A stretch of 64,000 nucleotides of DNA, from NCBI GenBank assembly GCA_963699545.1, contig CAVOUE010000010.1, positions 96,001-160,000 of the forward strand. The letters are read 5' to 3'. A program made the position numbers and the translations under genes. The notes under the pieces were generated by a model, which searched no databases, was not told the DNA's origin, and saw nothing but the letters and a program-made list of their open reading frames with translations. The stretch is from Nitrospirota bacterium. GTDB taxonomy: Bacteria; Nitrospirota; Thermodesulfovibrionia; Thermodesulfovibrionales; UBA9159. Shown piece after piece: positions 1-11,385 of the stretch. Each line of letters opens with the position of its first letter. Positions within the stretch are counted from its first letter, which is position 1.

Positions 1-1
1 T

Positions 2-49
2 AAGGCCCTTCGTCTTATGGTGGGAGATGACTCCACAGTAGAGGTCTGA
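2..49 (+). CDS. rfbA: 3' end of glucose-1-phosphate thymidylyltransferase (long form), partial
   Basis: Frame 2 reads KALRLMVGDDSTVEV*, typical of the long-form RmlA C-terminus, and lies directly before rfbC/B/D. Confidence 0.6.
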   Translation, partial: KALRLMVGDDSTVEV

Positions 50-50
50 G

Positions 51-509
51 GTGTTCGTTGACGGGGAGATCGCCGGGGTCCTGATCCGGCAATTCAGTCA
101 GTTCCACGACCGGCGCGGGTGGCTCTCTGAGCTGTACAGGATCGACGAAGCAGGTGAATACCGGGCCGTCATGGCATATCTGTCAGTGACCAATCCCGGG
201 GTCACGCGGGGACCCCATGAGCATATCGAACAGACCGACTATTTCTGCTTCATGGGCGTCTTTACGCTCTACCTCTGGGATAACAGGAAACATTCTCCGA
301 CGTATGGAAAGAAAATGGTCATAGAGAACGCCGACAGGTTGATCGCCGTCGTACCACCCGGTGTTGTTCATGCCTATAAGAATTCCGCGGAGAGCGAGGG
401 AATCGTCCTGAATTTCCCTGACAGGCTCTATGCCGGCTGGGGGAAAAAGGAGAAGGTGGACGAGGTGAGATACGAGGATGACATTGAAAGCCCATTCAGA
501 ATTCATTAG
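51..509 (+). CDS. rfbC: dTDP-4-dehydrorhamnose 3,5-epimerase
   Basis: DRRGWLSE, RGPHEH and PPGVVHAY cupin motifs; rml gene context. Confidence 0.9.
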   Translation: MFVDGEIAGVLIRQFSQFHDRRGWLSELYRIDEAGEYRAVMAYLSVTNPGVTRGPHEHIEQTDYFCFMGVFTLYLWDNRKHSPTYGKKMVIENADRLIAVVPPGVVHAYKNSAESEGIVLNFPDRLYAGWGKKEKVDEVRYEDDIESPFRIH

Positions 510-545
510 GAGGTTTTAGCTGACAGCTCTCAGCTATTAGCGTAC

Positions 546-1553
546 ATGCGAATACTGGTCACCGGCGGCTGCGGCTTTATCGGTTCGCACTTCATCAGGC
601 ATCTCCTTGCCAAGTACCCCGGCTATTCGATCATCAACCTGGATGCCCTCACCTATGCAGGGAACAGGGAGAACCTGACAGATGTCGAGGGAAGGGAAAA
701 CTATACGTTTGTAAAGGGGAAGATAGAAGACGCTGCCCTTATAAAAAAGCTCGTCGACAACGTTGACGCCGTTGTCCATTTTGCTGCGGAAAGCCACGTC
801 GACCGCTCTATCGCCGATGCCCAGCCGTTTCTCATGACAAATGTCATCGGGACCTATACCCTCATGGAGGCGGCAAAGAACGCCCTGGTAAAAAGATTTG
901 TCCATATCTCCACAGATGAGGTCTACGGCGCTTTGGGAGAAAAGGGCACGTTCACGGAGGACACCCCCCTCAGACCCAATTCTCCCTATTCTGCATCAAA
1001 GGCGGCGGCTGATATGTTCGTGAGGGCATACCACGAGACCTTCGGATTTCCCTCCCTCATCGTCAGACCTTCCAACAATTACGGGCCCTACCAGTATCCG
1101 GAGAAACTGATCCCCCTTATGATCACGAACCTTTTCGAAGACAGACCGGTCCCGGTCTACGGCGAGGGGAAGAATGTGAGGGACTGGCTCTTTGTTGAGG
1201 ACAACTGCGGGGCCATCGATCTCATCCTGCATAAGGGGAAAACGGGTGAGGCGTATAATGTGGGCGGCAATGCCGAGAGGAGAAATATCGATATCGTAAA
1301 GAAGGTCATGGAGATCATGGGGAAGGACGAATCGCTCATCACCTTTGTGAAGGACAGACCGGGTCATGATTACCGCTACGCCCTTGATACCTCGAAGATA
1401 GAGCGGGAGCTGGGATGGAAGCCCTCACTGGATATGGATTCGTATCTGAGGAAGACGATCCGGTGGTATAGGGAAAACGAGTGGTGGTGGCGGCCTCTGA
1501 AGGAACGGTTGTCCTCTGAGAGCAAGGGGTTCTGGGAGAGCAAGAAGACATGA
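546..1553 (+). CDS. rfbB: dTDP-glucose 4,6-dehydratase
   Basis: GGCGFIG, HFAAESHVDRS, STDEVYG, YSASK and DRPGHD motifs. Confidence 0.97.
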   Translation: MRILVTGGCGFIGSHFIRHLLAKYPGYSIINLDALTYAGNRENLTDVEGRENYTFVKGKIEDAALIKKLVDNVDAVVHFAAESHVDRSIADAQPFLMTNVIGTYTLMEAAKNALVKRFVHISTDEVYGALGEKGTFTEDTPLRPNSPYSASKAAADMFVRAYHETFGFPSLIVRPSNNYGPYQYPEKLIPLMITNLFEDRPVPVYGEGKNVRDWLFVEDNCGAIDLILHKGKTGEAYNVGGNAERRNIDIVKKVMEIMGKDESLITFVKDRPGHDYRYALDTSKIERELGWKPSLDMDSYLRKTIRWYRENEWWWRPLKERLSSESKGFWESKKT

Positions 1554-2388
1554 ATATCCTCGTCACCGGTGCAAAGGGGATGCTCGCCTCTGACCTGATC
1601 CCGATCCTAAGCAAAGGACATAAGGTCATTTCCGTGCCGGAAGAAAGTACTCGATATCACGGTCAGAGACAGTGTACAGCATGCCGTGCGTGCGGTATCC
1701 CCTGATTGTGTGATCAATTGCGCGGCATACACGCTGGTCGACAAGGCGGAACAGGAAAGGGAGAAGGCATTTCTCGTGAACGGCATCGGCGTCCAGAATC
1801 TCGCACTGGCGTGCCAGGACAGGAGCATTCCCCTCTGCCACATAAGTACTGATTATGTCTTTGACGGCACCAAGGCCACGGCCTACACCCCCTTTGACAA
1901 CACGAACCCGATCAATATCTATGGGGAATCCAAACTTGCCGGGGAAAAATACATTCAGTGGATCATGAACAGATTTTACATTGTGCGGACGAGCTGGCTC
2001 TACGGAAAGAATGGAAGCAACTTTGTCTCCCACTATCCTCAGGCTTGCACAGGAAAAAAAGGAGATAGAGGTCGTGCAGGACCAGAAGGGTTCTCCCACG
2101 TCGACGATCTCCCTTTCCCGCGGGATACACAGGCTTATCGATTCAGGGGCCTATGGAATCTATCACTTCACTGACGATACCGGAGGGGGGATCAGCTGGT
2201 ATGACTTTGCACAGGAGATCGTGAGGCTGTCGGGAAGCAGTACCCGGGTCCTTCCCACAACGACCGACCGTTTCCCGCGGCCGGCAAAGAGGCCGTCGAA
2301 TTCCGTCCTCGATATATCGTTCTTTTCACAGGTGACGGGGTATAGACCCGCTGACTGGAAGAAAACGCTTCGGGAGTATATATCTTAG
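1550..2388 (+). CDS. rfbD: dTDP-4-dehydrorhamnose reductase (frameshifts near 1645 and 2030)
   Basis: MNILVTGAKGML from ATG 1550; NCAAYT, ISTDYVFDG, YGESK, RPAKRP spread over three frames. Confidence 0.9.
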
Positions 2389-2399
2389 TTTTCCCTCTC

Positions 2400-3287
2400 T
2401 CAATCGCCCTGCGGAACCCTCTTCCACCGCCTGTGCATCCAGAGCCACTGAGAAGGATTCTCCCTGATATAGTCTTCAATGAACCCGGAGAACCTTTTTG
2501 TGTCTTCCTTCATCGCCTCTTCCGGATCGCTGTTTGAGGAGAGGACGACCTCGGGGTGAACCGTTATTTCATGCCCGCTCTCTGTCCTTCTGATAAATGC
2601 GGCCACCGCGGGAGCGCCGGTCTTCCTCGCAAGCAGCGCAGGCATCTTTGTCGTCCAGGCTCCTCTCCCGAGAAACTCTGTCACATACCCTTCTTCCGGA
2701 AGGACCGCCTGATCCATGAGTATTCCCACACAGCCGCCGTCTTTCAGGGTTCCCAGGATAGCCCGCAGCGCACCCTTCTTGTCAATGAGCTTGTTGCCAA
2801 AACGGGACCTTGCCTTCACGAGGAACGTATTGAGATAGGGATTGTTCAGCGGTCTGACCACAACAGAGATGGGAGCAACCCTGTAGGATGCCAGGATGGC
2901 CAGGAGTTCCCAGTTGCCGCAGTGTCCCGTAATCAGGAAGACCCCCTTCCCCTTGGCCCTGGCCTTCTCGAAATGCTCCATGCCCTTAACAACCGTTCTT
3001 TCGAGTATCCTCCTCCCCGTTCCGCAATTGATCCTCACGATCTCGATGAACGACCTGCCAAGGTTCCTGAAATTCTCCCTGATCACCTCTTCGGGAGACC
3101 CTGAAAGGGACAATGCCCCGAGAGCAGCACATGTTCTCAGGTTATCGACAGCGATTGTTCTCCTGCTTTTCCATACATAGTACATAAGGAGGCCAAGGAG
3201 TTCGCCTCCTTTCACCGGCATGAGGGAAAAGGGGAAGGTGAAGACAAGAATTGCGGCAGCCTGAAGACCCCAGAGGAATTTCTTCAT
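2400..3287 (-). CDS. Lipid A biosynthesis acyltransferase (LpxL/HtrB family)
   Basis: HCGNWE, ILMDQ and QWLWMHRRWK motifs. Confidence 0.9.
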   Translation of the reverse strand: MKKFLWGLQAAAILVFTFPFSLMPVKGGELLGLLMYYVWKSRRTIAVDNLRTCAALGALSLSGSPEEVIRENFRNLGRSFIEIVRINCGTGRRILERTVVKGMEHFEKARAKGKGVFLITGHCGNWELLAILASYRVAPISVVVRPLNNPYLNTFLVKARSRFGNKLIDKKGALRAILGTLKDGGCVGILMDQAVLPEEGYVTEFLGRGAWTTKMPALLARKTGAPAVAAFIRRTESGHEITVHPEVVLSSNSDPEEAMKEDTKRFSGFIEDYIRENPSQWLWMHRRWKRVPQGD

Positions 3288-5784
3288 TGTTTCGCATTGC
3301 TCACCCCGCGCAGGGTCTTGCGGCTCCTTTTGGATTTCTGAGTCTTCTCCCCTTCCTGGGACCTGGAATCCTTCTTCTGCTCGTCTTCCTTATCCTCTTT
3401 CTTTTCCCTGAGGGCCTCGGAAATTTCGGTAAGCCGTTTCATGACGAGATAGTTTACACTTCCCTCCGGGTACGTCCCGTCCTCTTTCAGCTCACCCGCA
3501 GGCATACCGGTAAGGATATCGATCCCTTCATCGACCATATCAATGGGATAGATCGAAAATCTGCCTTCCCGCACAGCATCCACCACTTCCTTCTTCAGCA
3601 TAAGGTTCTTCACATTCCGCCTGGGGATGATCACCCCGTGAGTGCCGTCCAAACCCCTGAGCCTGCAGAGCTCGAAGAAGCCTTCTACCTTCTCGTTCAC
3701 CCCTCCTATAGGCTGGACAGCCCCGGTCTGGTCCATCGAACCCGTGATTGCCAGGTTCTGCTTCAGGGGAACTCCTGAGATGCTGCTGGCAAGGGCATAA
3801 TACTCGGCACAGGTGGCGCTGTCTCCCTCCACCATGTCATAGAGCTGTTCAAAGGTGATGGAGGCCGAAAGGGTTATGGGTTTCTTGGTAGCGTACTTGC
3901 TGCCGAGATAATGGGTGAGAATCAGGATCGCCTTTTCATGGATCCTTCCGCTCATCTTCGTTTCACGCTCTATGTTCACCACCCCTGCTTTGCCTGCATA
4001 GGTCAGGGCGGTGATCCTCGACGGTTTCCCGAAACCGTAATCCCCCAGTTCCAGAACCGCAAGACCGTTCACCTGTCCCACCTTTGCCCCGGACGTATCC
4101 ACGATCAGGGTACCTTCTTCCATCAACTCCCTGAGCCTCTCCTCTATCCTGTTGCTCCTGTAGATCTTTTCGTTGATCGCCTTTTCGACGTGCTCCGCCT
4201 TCACAATACGGCTGCCGGCGGTCTTTGCCCAGTAGGTGGACTCGCGGATAAGGTCCGCGACGTCGCTGAACCGAGAAGAGAGTTTTTCCTGATGCTCGGA
4301 AAGCCGGGAACCGAACTCTACGATCTTTGACACACCCGACCGGTCAAAGGGGAGCAGCTTTTCCTCCTTGCAGAGAGCCGCGACGAACAGGGCATACCTC
4401 CGGATGTTCTCCACGGTCCTGCCCATCCTGCTGTCGAAATCCGCCTTCACCTTGAACAGCTCCCTGTACTCTTCGTCGAGGCTGTACAGGAGGTAATAAA
4501 GATACGGGCTTCCCACCAGGACGACCTTCACATCCAGGGGGATGGCCTCGGGTTTGAGGGCCGTGGTCGAGATAAGCCGGTACTGTTCCCAGACGTCCTC
4601 GATCTTTATCTCCCTGTTCCTGATACCGCGTTTCAGGGCATCATATGCAAAGAGGTTCTTGAGCAGATCCAGGACGTTGATCACAATGTACCCTCCGTTC
4701 GCCCTGTGGAGGGACCCCGCTTTTATCATGGAGAAGTCCGTAACCGCAACGCCATACTGGAATTTGTGCTCTATCCTGCCGAACAGGTTGTAGTATGCCG
4801 GGTTGCTCTCAAAGACACAGGGCGCGCCCTTGCCGTCCTTCCCGTCCTTATTGTTCACCAGGACATTCACCGTATAGCGGGTAAACGTCGGTTCTGTCTT
4901 CGGCATCTTCATGAAGGGCAACGGCGGCGCCTGTTCTTCCGCGGATTTGAAGTCATCCATGTGCTCCAGCATATCTTCCTGGACATTCTCGAGATAGGTG
5001 AGGATCTTTTCGTTCTGTGCGTGCTTCCTCCTGATATCCTCTATGAGGTGCCCCACTGCAGAGAGGGCAGCGTCCCTTTCCAGTTTCAGGAGTTGTTCCT
5101 TCAGCAGCTTTTCTCCTTCCCTCACCGCCCTTACCACATCGTCCAGTTTCTCCTGCAGTAGCTTGCCGAGTTCCTCTATCTTCTTTTTGGTTTCTGCCTC
5201 AAGCCCCTCAAATTCCTCCTCGGTAAGAGGCTCCCCCGTCTTCTTCACCGGCACGATCAGGAACCGCTCACCGTCTTCCTTATAGAGAACCCTTTTGCCT
5301 GCGCCTCATTCTCAAGGCTGCCGAAGAGGTCTCGCTGCCTTTTCTGGAACTCCTCCATTATCTTGCTCTTCTGTTTCTCGTACTCCTTCGACTCAAAGAC
5401 CTTCGGGATATCGACCCGCAAGGTCTTCACCATCTCTTCCATGTCCTTCTGGAACAGGACGGCCTGCCCCGGTTCGAGAGAGATCGCCAGGGGCGCATCA
5501 GGGTCCCGGAAGTTGTATACATAGCACCAGTCGGAGGGAACAGGTTTTGTGACGGACTCCTTTTCGAGAATTCCCTTGATGGTGGACATCTTCCCGGTGC
5601 CGTTCTCCCCGAGGAGAAAAATATTGAACCCCGAACTGTCAAGGCTCAGGCCGAAATGGATGGCATTGAGCGCCCTGGCCTGGCCGATGGTTCCCTCGAG
5701 AGGCGGGAGTTCATCCGTGGTTTCGAATTGCAATGCTGTTTCGTCGCAACATTTGTAAAGCTCATCCACACTGAGACGCTTCAT
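3284..5784 (-). CDS. Lon-like ATP-dependent protease (AAA_32 plus Lon_C), frameshift near 5255
   Basis: GQARAL, Walker A GENGTGK, GSLHRANGG, catalytic EGDSA Ser and GGVNEK Lys; two abutting ORFs. Confidence 0.9.
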
Positions 5785-5896
5785 TACTCACCTCCGCTCA
5801 ATATTCGTAGAATGCCACTCGATGATCTCGGATTCCCCGGGACTTCAGATGTCCCTTTCCTGCAACCCGCAAGCGGGAATCCCGGTGTGTTTCATG

Positions 5897-6799
5897 TCAG
5901 GCCCTGGGATGGTGCTCACGATACACCTGTTTCAGCCTGTCCACGGTCACCTTCGTATAGATCTGGGTCGTGGAGATATCCGAATGTCCCAGCATCTTCT
6001 GAAGCGACCTGAGGTCAGCCCCTCCTTCCAGCAGATGTGTCGCAAAACTGTGCCTCATGGTATGGGGCGAGAGTTCAATGCCAAGCTGCTTCCCGAAAGC
6101 CTTGACGGTCTGCCAGAACCGCTGGCGCGTCATGGGCGCACCCCTCCCGGTCACGAAGAGGTATTCAGAATGACGTTTCTTAAGGAGAGCAGGCCTGAAA
6201 CCGCTTATATATCGCTTCACCTTCTCCATGGCACGATGGTTCATGGGGACAACCCTTTCTTTCGACCCTTTCCCCACGATCCTGAGAAAGCCGCCTCCAA
6301 AGTTGATATCCTCAAGTCTGAGGGTCACGAGTTCGCTCACCCGAAGACCCGACGAATAGAGAAGTTCGACCATTGCAGCATTCCTGAAGAGCAGCGCCGC
6401 CGCGACCGGTCTGTCCCCGGACACCGCAGGATGAGCGGAAGTGGAGAGCACCTCCTTCACCTGCTCCAGGCTCAGGGCCTTCGGCAACCTTTCCCACCTC
6501 TTTGGCGATTGCAGGTTCTCTGTGGGGTCCTCCTGAATGATCTTCTCCATGAGGAGGAATTTTGAGAGCCCCTTTATCGAGGAGATCATCCTGCAAATGC
6601 TCGAAGCAGAGTATGCCTTATCCCTCAGGTGCTCCAGGTGGTCGATGACATCCCCCTTGGAAAAGGCGTCAAGACCCGTTCCACGGGAGGCGAGGAATTT
6701 CCCGAACATGGTGAGATCGGTGCGGTAGGACTGGATGGTGTTTTTCGCCAGCCCCTTTTCCACAGAGACGTACGCGAGGAATTTCCTAAGTATATCCAC
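5897..6799 (-). CDS. xerD: Site-specific tyrosine recombinase XerD
   Basis: SGLRVSEL, GKGSKER, HTMRHSFATHLLEGGADLR, LGHSDISTTQIYT. Confidence 0.92.
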   Translation of the reverse strand: MDILRKFLAYVSVEKGLAKNTIQSYRTDLTMFGKFLASRGTGLDAFSKGDVIDHLEHLRDKAYSASSICRMISSIKGLSKFLLMEKIIQEDPTENLQSPKRWERLPKALSLEQVKEVLSTSAHPAVSGDRPVAAALLFRNAAMVELLYSSGLRVSELVTLRLEDINFGGGFLRIVGKGSKERVVPMNHRAMEKVKRYISGFRPALLKKRHSEYLFVTGRGAPMTRQRFWQTVKAFGKQLGIELSPHTMRHSFATHLLEGGADLRSLQKMLGHSDISTTQIYTKVTVDRLKQVYREHHPRA

Positions 6800-7571
6800 A
6801 GACCAGATGCTCCTCAATGCCCGTTGACTGCTTCAGCCTCCGGTAAAGGATGTCCGCAATGGCATGAAGGTTGACGGTGTCCTCCCTGTTATAGCTCAGC
6901 AGCAGCCTCTTCGCTTCATCACTTCCCCTCTTTGACAGCTCCCACAGCCTCACCGCATCGTAGCCGTCCATACCCCTTACCTCTTCGCCCCGTTCGATCC
7001 CGAAGAGTGTCTCGATCTTCTTCAACCCGCCGCGAATTCCCAGCCTCTTTGCGGCGAAGCAGAGATCAAAATGAGGAATATCGAACCGCACTTCAGGGAA
7101 CGACCTTTGCAGAAAGGGGATATCAAAAGAGGCGCCATAGAAGGTTATGAGGCACTTATATCCGGAGAGCGCCTTATCGAGGTTGTCGGCCGTGAGGTTT
7201 TCTCCCGCAACAAGGGATGTCCAGTCAAAGCCGTCATACAGACCGACCACCGTGACGTAACCGCCCCTGCCCGGCATGAGACCGTTGGTCTCTATATCAA
7301 GATAGACTGCGTTGTCCCTGAAGATCTCAAAGAGCCGCCAGTGTTCCCTCCTTCTTATGGACCTCGCAAAGAAGGCAGCGTCCCTCTCTTCCAGCTTCAG
7401 GGCCGCTTTGGAGAGCGACCCGTCAAAAGAGGGTTTCCTTTCAGGGCTGATAAAGCGGATATCGCCTGCGTGGATGAAATCGCTCCAGGTGAGAATTCCG
7501 TCCTTCCAGAGTCTTCTCTCCAGTTTCTCACCGATGCCGTTAAGGATGCTGAACGTATTCCTGATCATCAA
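6786..7571 (-). CDS. RNase H-like exonuclease (YprB/RNase_H_2 family)
   Basis: YLDIET, FDIPFL, HFDL, GGLKKIE and YNREDT DEDD-type motifs. Confidence 0.85.
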   Translation of the reverse strand: MMIRNTFSILNGIGEKLERRLWKDGILTWSDFIHAGDIRFISPERKPSFDGSLSKAALKLEERDAAFFARSIRRREHWRLFEIFRDNAVYLDIETNGLMPGRGGYVTVVGLYDGFDWTSLVAGENLTADNLDKALSGYKCLITFYGASFDIPFLQRSFPEVRFDIPHFDLCFAAKRLGIRGGLKKIETLFGIERGEEVRGMDGYDAVRLWELSKRGSDEAKRLLLSYNREDTVNLHAIADILYRRLKQSTGIEEHLVCGYT

Positions 7572-7820
7572 TCATTCCTTTTTTTCTGGTGTTTATTATA
7601 CCTGTTACCGTGTATCTATACAATAGAGTTCCCTCTGCCGGGGATGATGAAATACGTGAATACAGCATTGATGAGAAGGATCTGCACAGGGCACGCACCG
7701 ATGGGTGACAACGCGGACATGGGCCATTTCCGGAGGAATGCAAGTTGTAATCCAGAACGGAGTCAGTGCCAAGACATTGAAGATATCAGTGAGTTCAGGT
7801 GTTCGGCGCTTTGGTATAGT

Positions 7821-8570
7821 TCAACCCCGGGGAGGTTCCTTGCGCTGTGTACCGTACAGGACGAGCATTTCTTCTGTATACTCGCCCCTTTCATCATAAA
7901 TAAAAAGCGGCCTCTCGACCTTCAGACCCACCCTTCCACCGTGAAGCGCCTCCAGCAACACCATCTTCGCCTCCGATGAGGCGCTGGAATGAACGAACCT
8001 CAGCCGTTTTACCTCCATCCTCTTCTCTCTCAGGGAGCCGACGATCTCTGCAAGTCTTCCCGGATGATGAATGAGGAAGAATCTTCCCTTTGTTTTCAGG
8101 AGATAATGGGCAGCGTTTATCAGTTCAGGCAGTTTCAGTCTTATCTCGTGGCGTGCGACGGCCCTTTCTTCCTCGGGATTAACAAAACCCGATCGTTCCT
8201 TTCTGAAGGGAGGATTCGAAACCACCACGTCAAAGGAACCGGCCTCTACAACAGGAGAGATAAGGGAACCCATCTCTCGAACGTCCCCTTTTATCACTTT
8301 GACCCTCTTCCCCATACCGTTAAGGGCAACGTTCTTTTCCGCGACCGAGGCAAGGCTGTCCTGGAGTTCGAAGAGAGAAACATCGGCAGAAGGGTACTTT
8401 TTCGAAAGGAGGAGGCCGATGACCCCTGAACCTGCCCCGAGGTCAGCGATCTTGTGCGCGAGGGGAACATGCACAAATGAATACAGAAGAAGGGCGTCCA
8501 CAGAGAAGCGGTAGCCCTTCTTTGACTGATAGATCTTGACGTCCCGTATGTGATCCAGTGTGAAGGCCAT
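7821..8570 (-). CDS. tRNA1(Val) (adenine37-N6)-methyltransferase family
   Basis: YRFSVDALLL, DLGAGSG, NPPF and ARHE motifs. Confidence 0.85.
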   Translation of the reverse strand: MAFTLDHIRDVKIYQSKKGYRFSVDALLLYSFVHVPLAHKIADLGAGSGVIGLLLSKKYPSADVSLFELQDSLASVAEKNVALNGMGKRVKVIKGDVREMGSLISPVVEAGSFDVVVSNPPFRKERSGFVNPEEERAVARHEIRLKLPELINAAHYLLKTKGRFFLIHHPGRLAEIVGSLREKRMEVKRLRFVHSSASSEAKMVLLEALHGGRVGLKVERPLFIYDERGEYTEEMLVLYGTQRKEPPRG

Positions 8571-8607
8571 GACTGCTCTCCCCTGTTACACGTAAGCGGC
8601 TTCTCCC

Positions 8608-9102
8608 TCAGAGGGTGGCAAAGAGATAGATCAGCAGGCAAACGGTCAGGACGATACGCAGGATAAGGCCGAGTTTCCTCATCTCGAGAAAAGCGCATAC
8701 CTTCCCGACGGTGAAGAACAAGACAAGATAGAGGACAATCATCAGGACCGGCATGAACATCCTGCCTTTTCTGAAGCCCTGAAGAGACGCCTTGAGTTTC
8801 TCCCATTGAAATCCCTCAGGCTTCTTTCCTTTCTCCTTCCCGGTATCTTTTCCCCCTTGCAAAGCCTTTTCAGATGGTTTCCCTTTCCCTTCATCCCTCT
8901 CCCGGGTGACGATGACCTGACCCCTGTATTCTTCCGGGACCTTATGGAGATCGTCTGTAAGAACGGCCGTGCCGTTCTTGTCCACGTACTTGTATATGTC
9001 CGCAGAACCGCTGCGGACGAAAAAAAGGATCGGGATGATGACCAGAAGACATGCTGTCCTCCCTATTCTCACGTGGTTCACCCTATCTGTCCTCCCTGTC
9101 AT
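8608..9102 (-). CDS. DUF4124-like exported/membrane protein
   Basis: Signal-like segment, ADIYKYVDKNG...TDD..KVPEEYR, two C-terminal TM helices. Confidence 0.65.
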   Translation of the reverse strand: MTGRTDRVNHVRIGRTACLLVIIPILFFVRSGSADIYKYVDKNGTAVLTDDLHKVPEEYRGQVIVTRERDEGKGKPSEKALQGGKDTGKEKGKKPEGFQWEKLKASLQGFRKGRMFMPVLMIVLYLVLFFTVGKVCAFLEMRKLGLILRIVLTVCLLIYLFATL

Positions 9103-9787
9103 TCAATAATGGAACGAGGTCACCTATCCTGTCAATAAGATGATCGGCATGGGCAAGGACTTCACGCGGCCGGTATCCATAGGTGACTGCAACGGTGGCA
9201 ATCCCCGCCGCCTTTCCGGCATCGATATCGTAATTGCTGTCTCCCACGATCATTGCCCTCCCGGGATGCACCCGCAGGTCCGAGAGGACCTTCCGGACGG
9301 GAAGGGGAGAGGGTTTTTTTTCGGGAGTCGTATCGCTCCCGACGATCATAAGAAAGTGGCTTGACAGTCCGAGGCCATCCAGGACCTTTCTCGAAAGCGT
9401 TTCCATTTTGTTTGAAATGACAGCTTTTTTATACCTGTCCAATTGGTCCAGCGTCTCCCGCACACCCGGGTACTCCCTCGTGAAATCGAGGATGTGCTGT
9501 GAGTAGTATTCAAGGAACCTGTCCTTAACGTCGGCCCGGATATCCTGAAGACTCCGGGGATTCTGCTGGAATGCTGCGACCGCGCTCCGGAGAACGCCGT
9601 TTCCCCGGGAATCCACGATCTTTTCTATGAGACGGGTTATGCCCTCGCCGATCATCTTGATGGTGTCATCGACGGTAAGGGGCTTGACCGCATAGGGCTC
9701 CAGCGCGTAGTTCAGCGCATTGGTAATGTCAACGCTGGAATCTACGAGTGTGCCGTCCAGGTCAAAGATGACAAGCTCTATGGACAT
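9083..9787 (-). CDS. gph: HAD-family hydrolase (phosphoglycolate phosphatase-like)
   Basis: FDLDGTLVDS, KPSP and MIVGDS motifs. Confidence 0.8.
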   Translation of the reverse strand: MSIELVIFDLDGTLVDSSVDITNALNYALEPYAVKPLTVDDTIKMIGEGITRLIEKIVDSRGNGVLRSAVAAFQQNPRSLQDIRADVKDRFLEYYSQHILDFTREYPGVRETLDQLDRYKKAVISNKMETLSRKVLDGLGLSSHFLMIVGSDTTPEKKPSPLPVRKVLSDLRVHPGRAMIVGDSNYDIDAGKAAGIATVAVTYGYRPREVLAHADHLIDRIGDLVPLLNDREDR

Positions 9788-9828
9788 GCCACGGATTATA
9801 CCACAGAGGAAGAGCGGACAGAACGAAG

Positions 9829-10758
9829 TTACTCTTCCTTAAAGAGCCATGTCGAAAGATACCGCTCGCCCGTATCGGGGAGCACCACCACAATGAGTTT
9901 CCCCCGATTTTCGTCCCTTTCAGCAACTTTCAGCGCTGCCCAGAGTGCGGCGCCGCTGGATATCCCGCCGAGAATCCCCTCTTCCTTTGCAAGGCGTCTC
10001 GTCATGATGCCGGCGTTTTCGTCCGAGACCGTAATGATTTCGTCTATGACTTCCCTGTTCAGCACATCGGGGATAAACCCGGCCCCGATACCCTGTATCT
10101 TGTGCGGTCCTGCCTTTCCTCCGGACAGAACCGGCGAGGTTTCAGGCTCCACTGCAATCGCCGTGAAGCTCGTCTTCTTCTTCTTGATCACCTCGGCGAC
10201 ACCGGTAAGGGTTCCCCCGGTTCCGACGCCGGAGACAAGGATATCCACTTTGCCGTCTGTATCTCTCCATATCTCTTCAGCCGTAGTCTTCCGGTGGATT
10301 TCGGGGTTCGCCGGGTTCTTGAACTGCTGGGGCATATAGGCGTTGGGTATCGTTGTTGACAATTCTTCGGCCTTTCTGATTGCCCCGCTCATCCCTTCCG
10401 CCCCCGGGGTCAGGACCAGTTCAGCCCCAAAGATCTGGAACAACTGCCTCCTCTCAACGCTCATCGTCTCCGGCATGGTCAGGACGAGCCTGTATCCTTT
10501 TGCTGCAGCTACGAAGGCCAGGGCGATACCGGTATTGCCGCTTGTGGGTTCAACGATCACCGAATCCTTTTTCAGAAGACCCCGCTTCTCAGCGTCTTCG
10601 ATCATGGCTACGCCGATGCGGTCCTTTACGCTGGAGAGGGGATTGAATGCCTCCAGCTTGCCAACGATAGTTGCTTTCGCTCCCACGGTGATCTTGTTCA
10701 GTCTCACCAACGGGGTGTTCCCTATAGTTTCCGTTATGGTGTTGAATATCTTCGCCAT
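9829..10758 (-). CDS. cysK: Cysteine synthase A
   Basis: SVKDRI (PLP Lys), TSGNTG, GVGTGGT, HKIQGIG; GAGGAGG RBS before ATG 10758. Confidence 0.96.
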   Translation of the reverse strand: MAKIFNTITETIGNTPLVRLNKITVGAKATIVGKLEAFNPLSSVKDRIGVAMIEDAEKRGLLKKDSVIVEPTSGNTGIALAFVAAAKGYRLVLTMPETMSVERRQLFQIFGAELVLTPGAEGMSGAIRKAEELSTTIPNAYMPQQFKNPANPEIHRKTTAEEIWRDTDGKVDILVSGVGTGGTLTGVAEVIKKKKTSFTAIAVEPETSPVLSGGKAGPHKIQGIGAGFIPDVLNREVIDEIITVSDENAGIMTRRLAKEEGILGGISSGAALWAALKVAERDENRGKLIVVVLPDTGERYLSTWLFKEE

Positions 10759-10871
10759 GCATACCTCCTCTTCATAAGCTCCACTATTATAAACTTTCAT
10801 CAGCCGTCTGGAAAAGATTTTCCCGCGTGGGGCCCGGGACGGTTCTCCGCCCCTTTCTGACGAGGGATCGG

Positions 10872-11222
10872 TCAGGCAACCAGGACTTCGAGACTCTCTT
10901 GCACCGAAGCCTCTTTGTTCAGCACAAGGTAAAGACCGAGATGGCCTTCGTCGGTATAACCGAACATGATCCTCTCCCGCGTAAGCTCGGATACCGTGTA
11001 TGCAAGGTCCTCCAGCTTCTCGTTCACCTCAGAAAACGTTCTGTCCCTGAGGTCATAGAGTTCGAGGATATCGATGATGTCGTCCAGTTCTCCTGTGTTA
11101 TAAGACTCCAGCAACATCCCGCTGCCCCCGTCCGATGCATTCTTCTCTGCCCTCTCTTTTGCTTTTGTGATCTGATGCCTCAGTCTCTCGAGACAGAGCC
11201 CGTATATTTTCGCTCCTTCCAT
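10872..11222 (-). CDS. Hypothetical protein (116 aa) downstream of a sigma54 promoter
   Basis: GAGGAGG RBS before ATG 11222; acidic, helical ORF. Confidence 0.7.
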   Translation of the reverse strand: MEGAKIYGLCLERLRHQITKAKERAEKNASDGGSGMLLESYNTGELDDIIDILELYDLRDRTFSEVNEKLEDLAYTVSELTRERIMFGYTDEGHLGLYLVLNKEASVQESLEVLVA

Positions 11223-11271
11223 CCGTTTCCTCCTCACTTCGGGTTTCCCATAAGGGTACGGACGGGAGAAA

Positions 11272-11287
11272 AGCAATGACCGTGCCA
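11272..11287 (-). promoter_or_regulatory. sigma54 (-24/-12) promoter
   Basis: Minus strand reads TGGCACGGTCATTGCT, an exact GG-N10-GC consensus, divergent from a sigma54 activator gene. Confidence 0.8.
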
Positions 11288-11385
11288 GCCTGAAAAGGCA
11301 TCAAAATAAGGACCTTCCTTCATCGGGGAAAAGGGTGTTGATTAAAGTATTAACATTATGTATAGTAAATATACAATACCTGTCG

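Noticed and set aside
5897-6799. Tyrosine recombinase considered as a prophage or integron integrase
   Set aside because: Has XerD-type motifs, lacks the IntI-specific insertion, sits among housekeeping genes and is far from the attC sites
7628-7838. ~205-nt spacer whose ends can pair (CCGGGG/CCCCGG), about the size of 6S RNA
   Set aside because: Pairing is short, there is no 6S-like central bubble and no zapA/ygfA context; cannot be supported without cmscan
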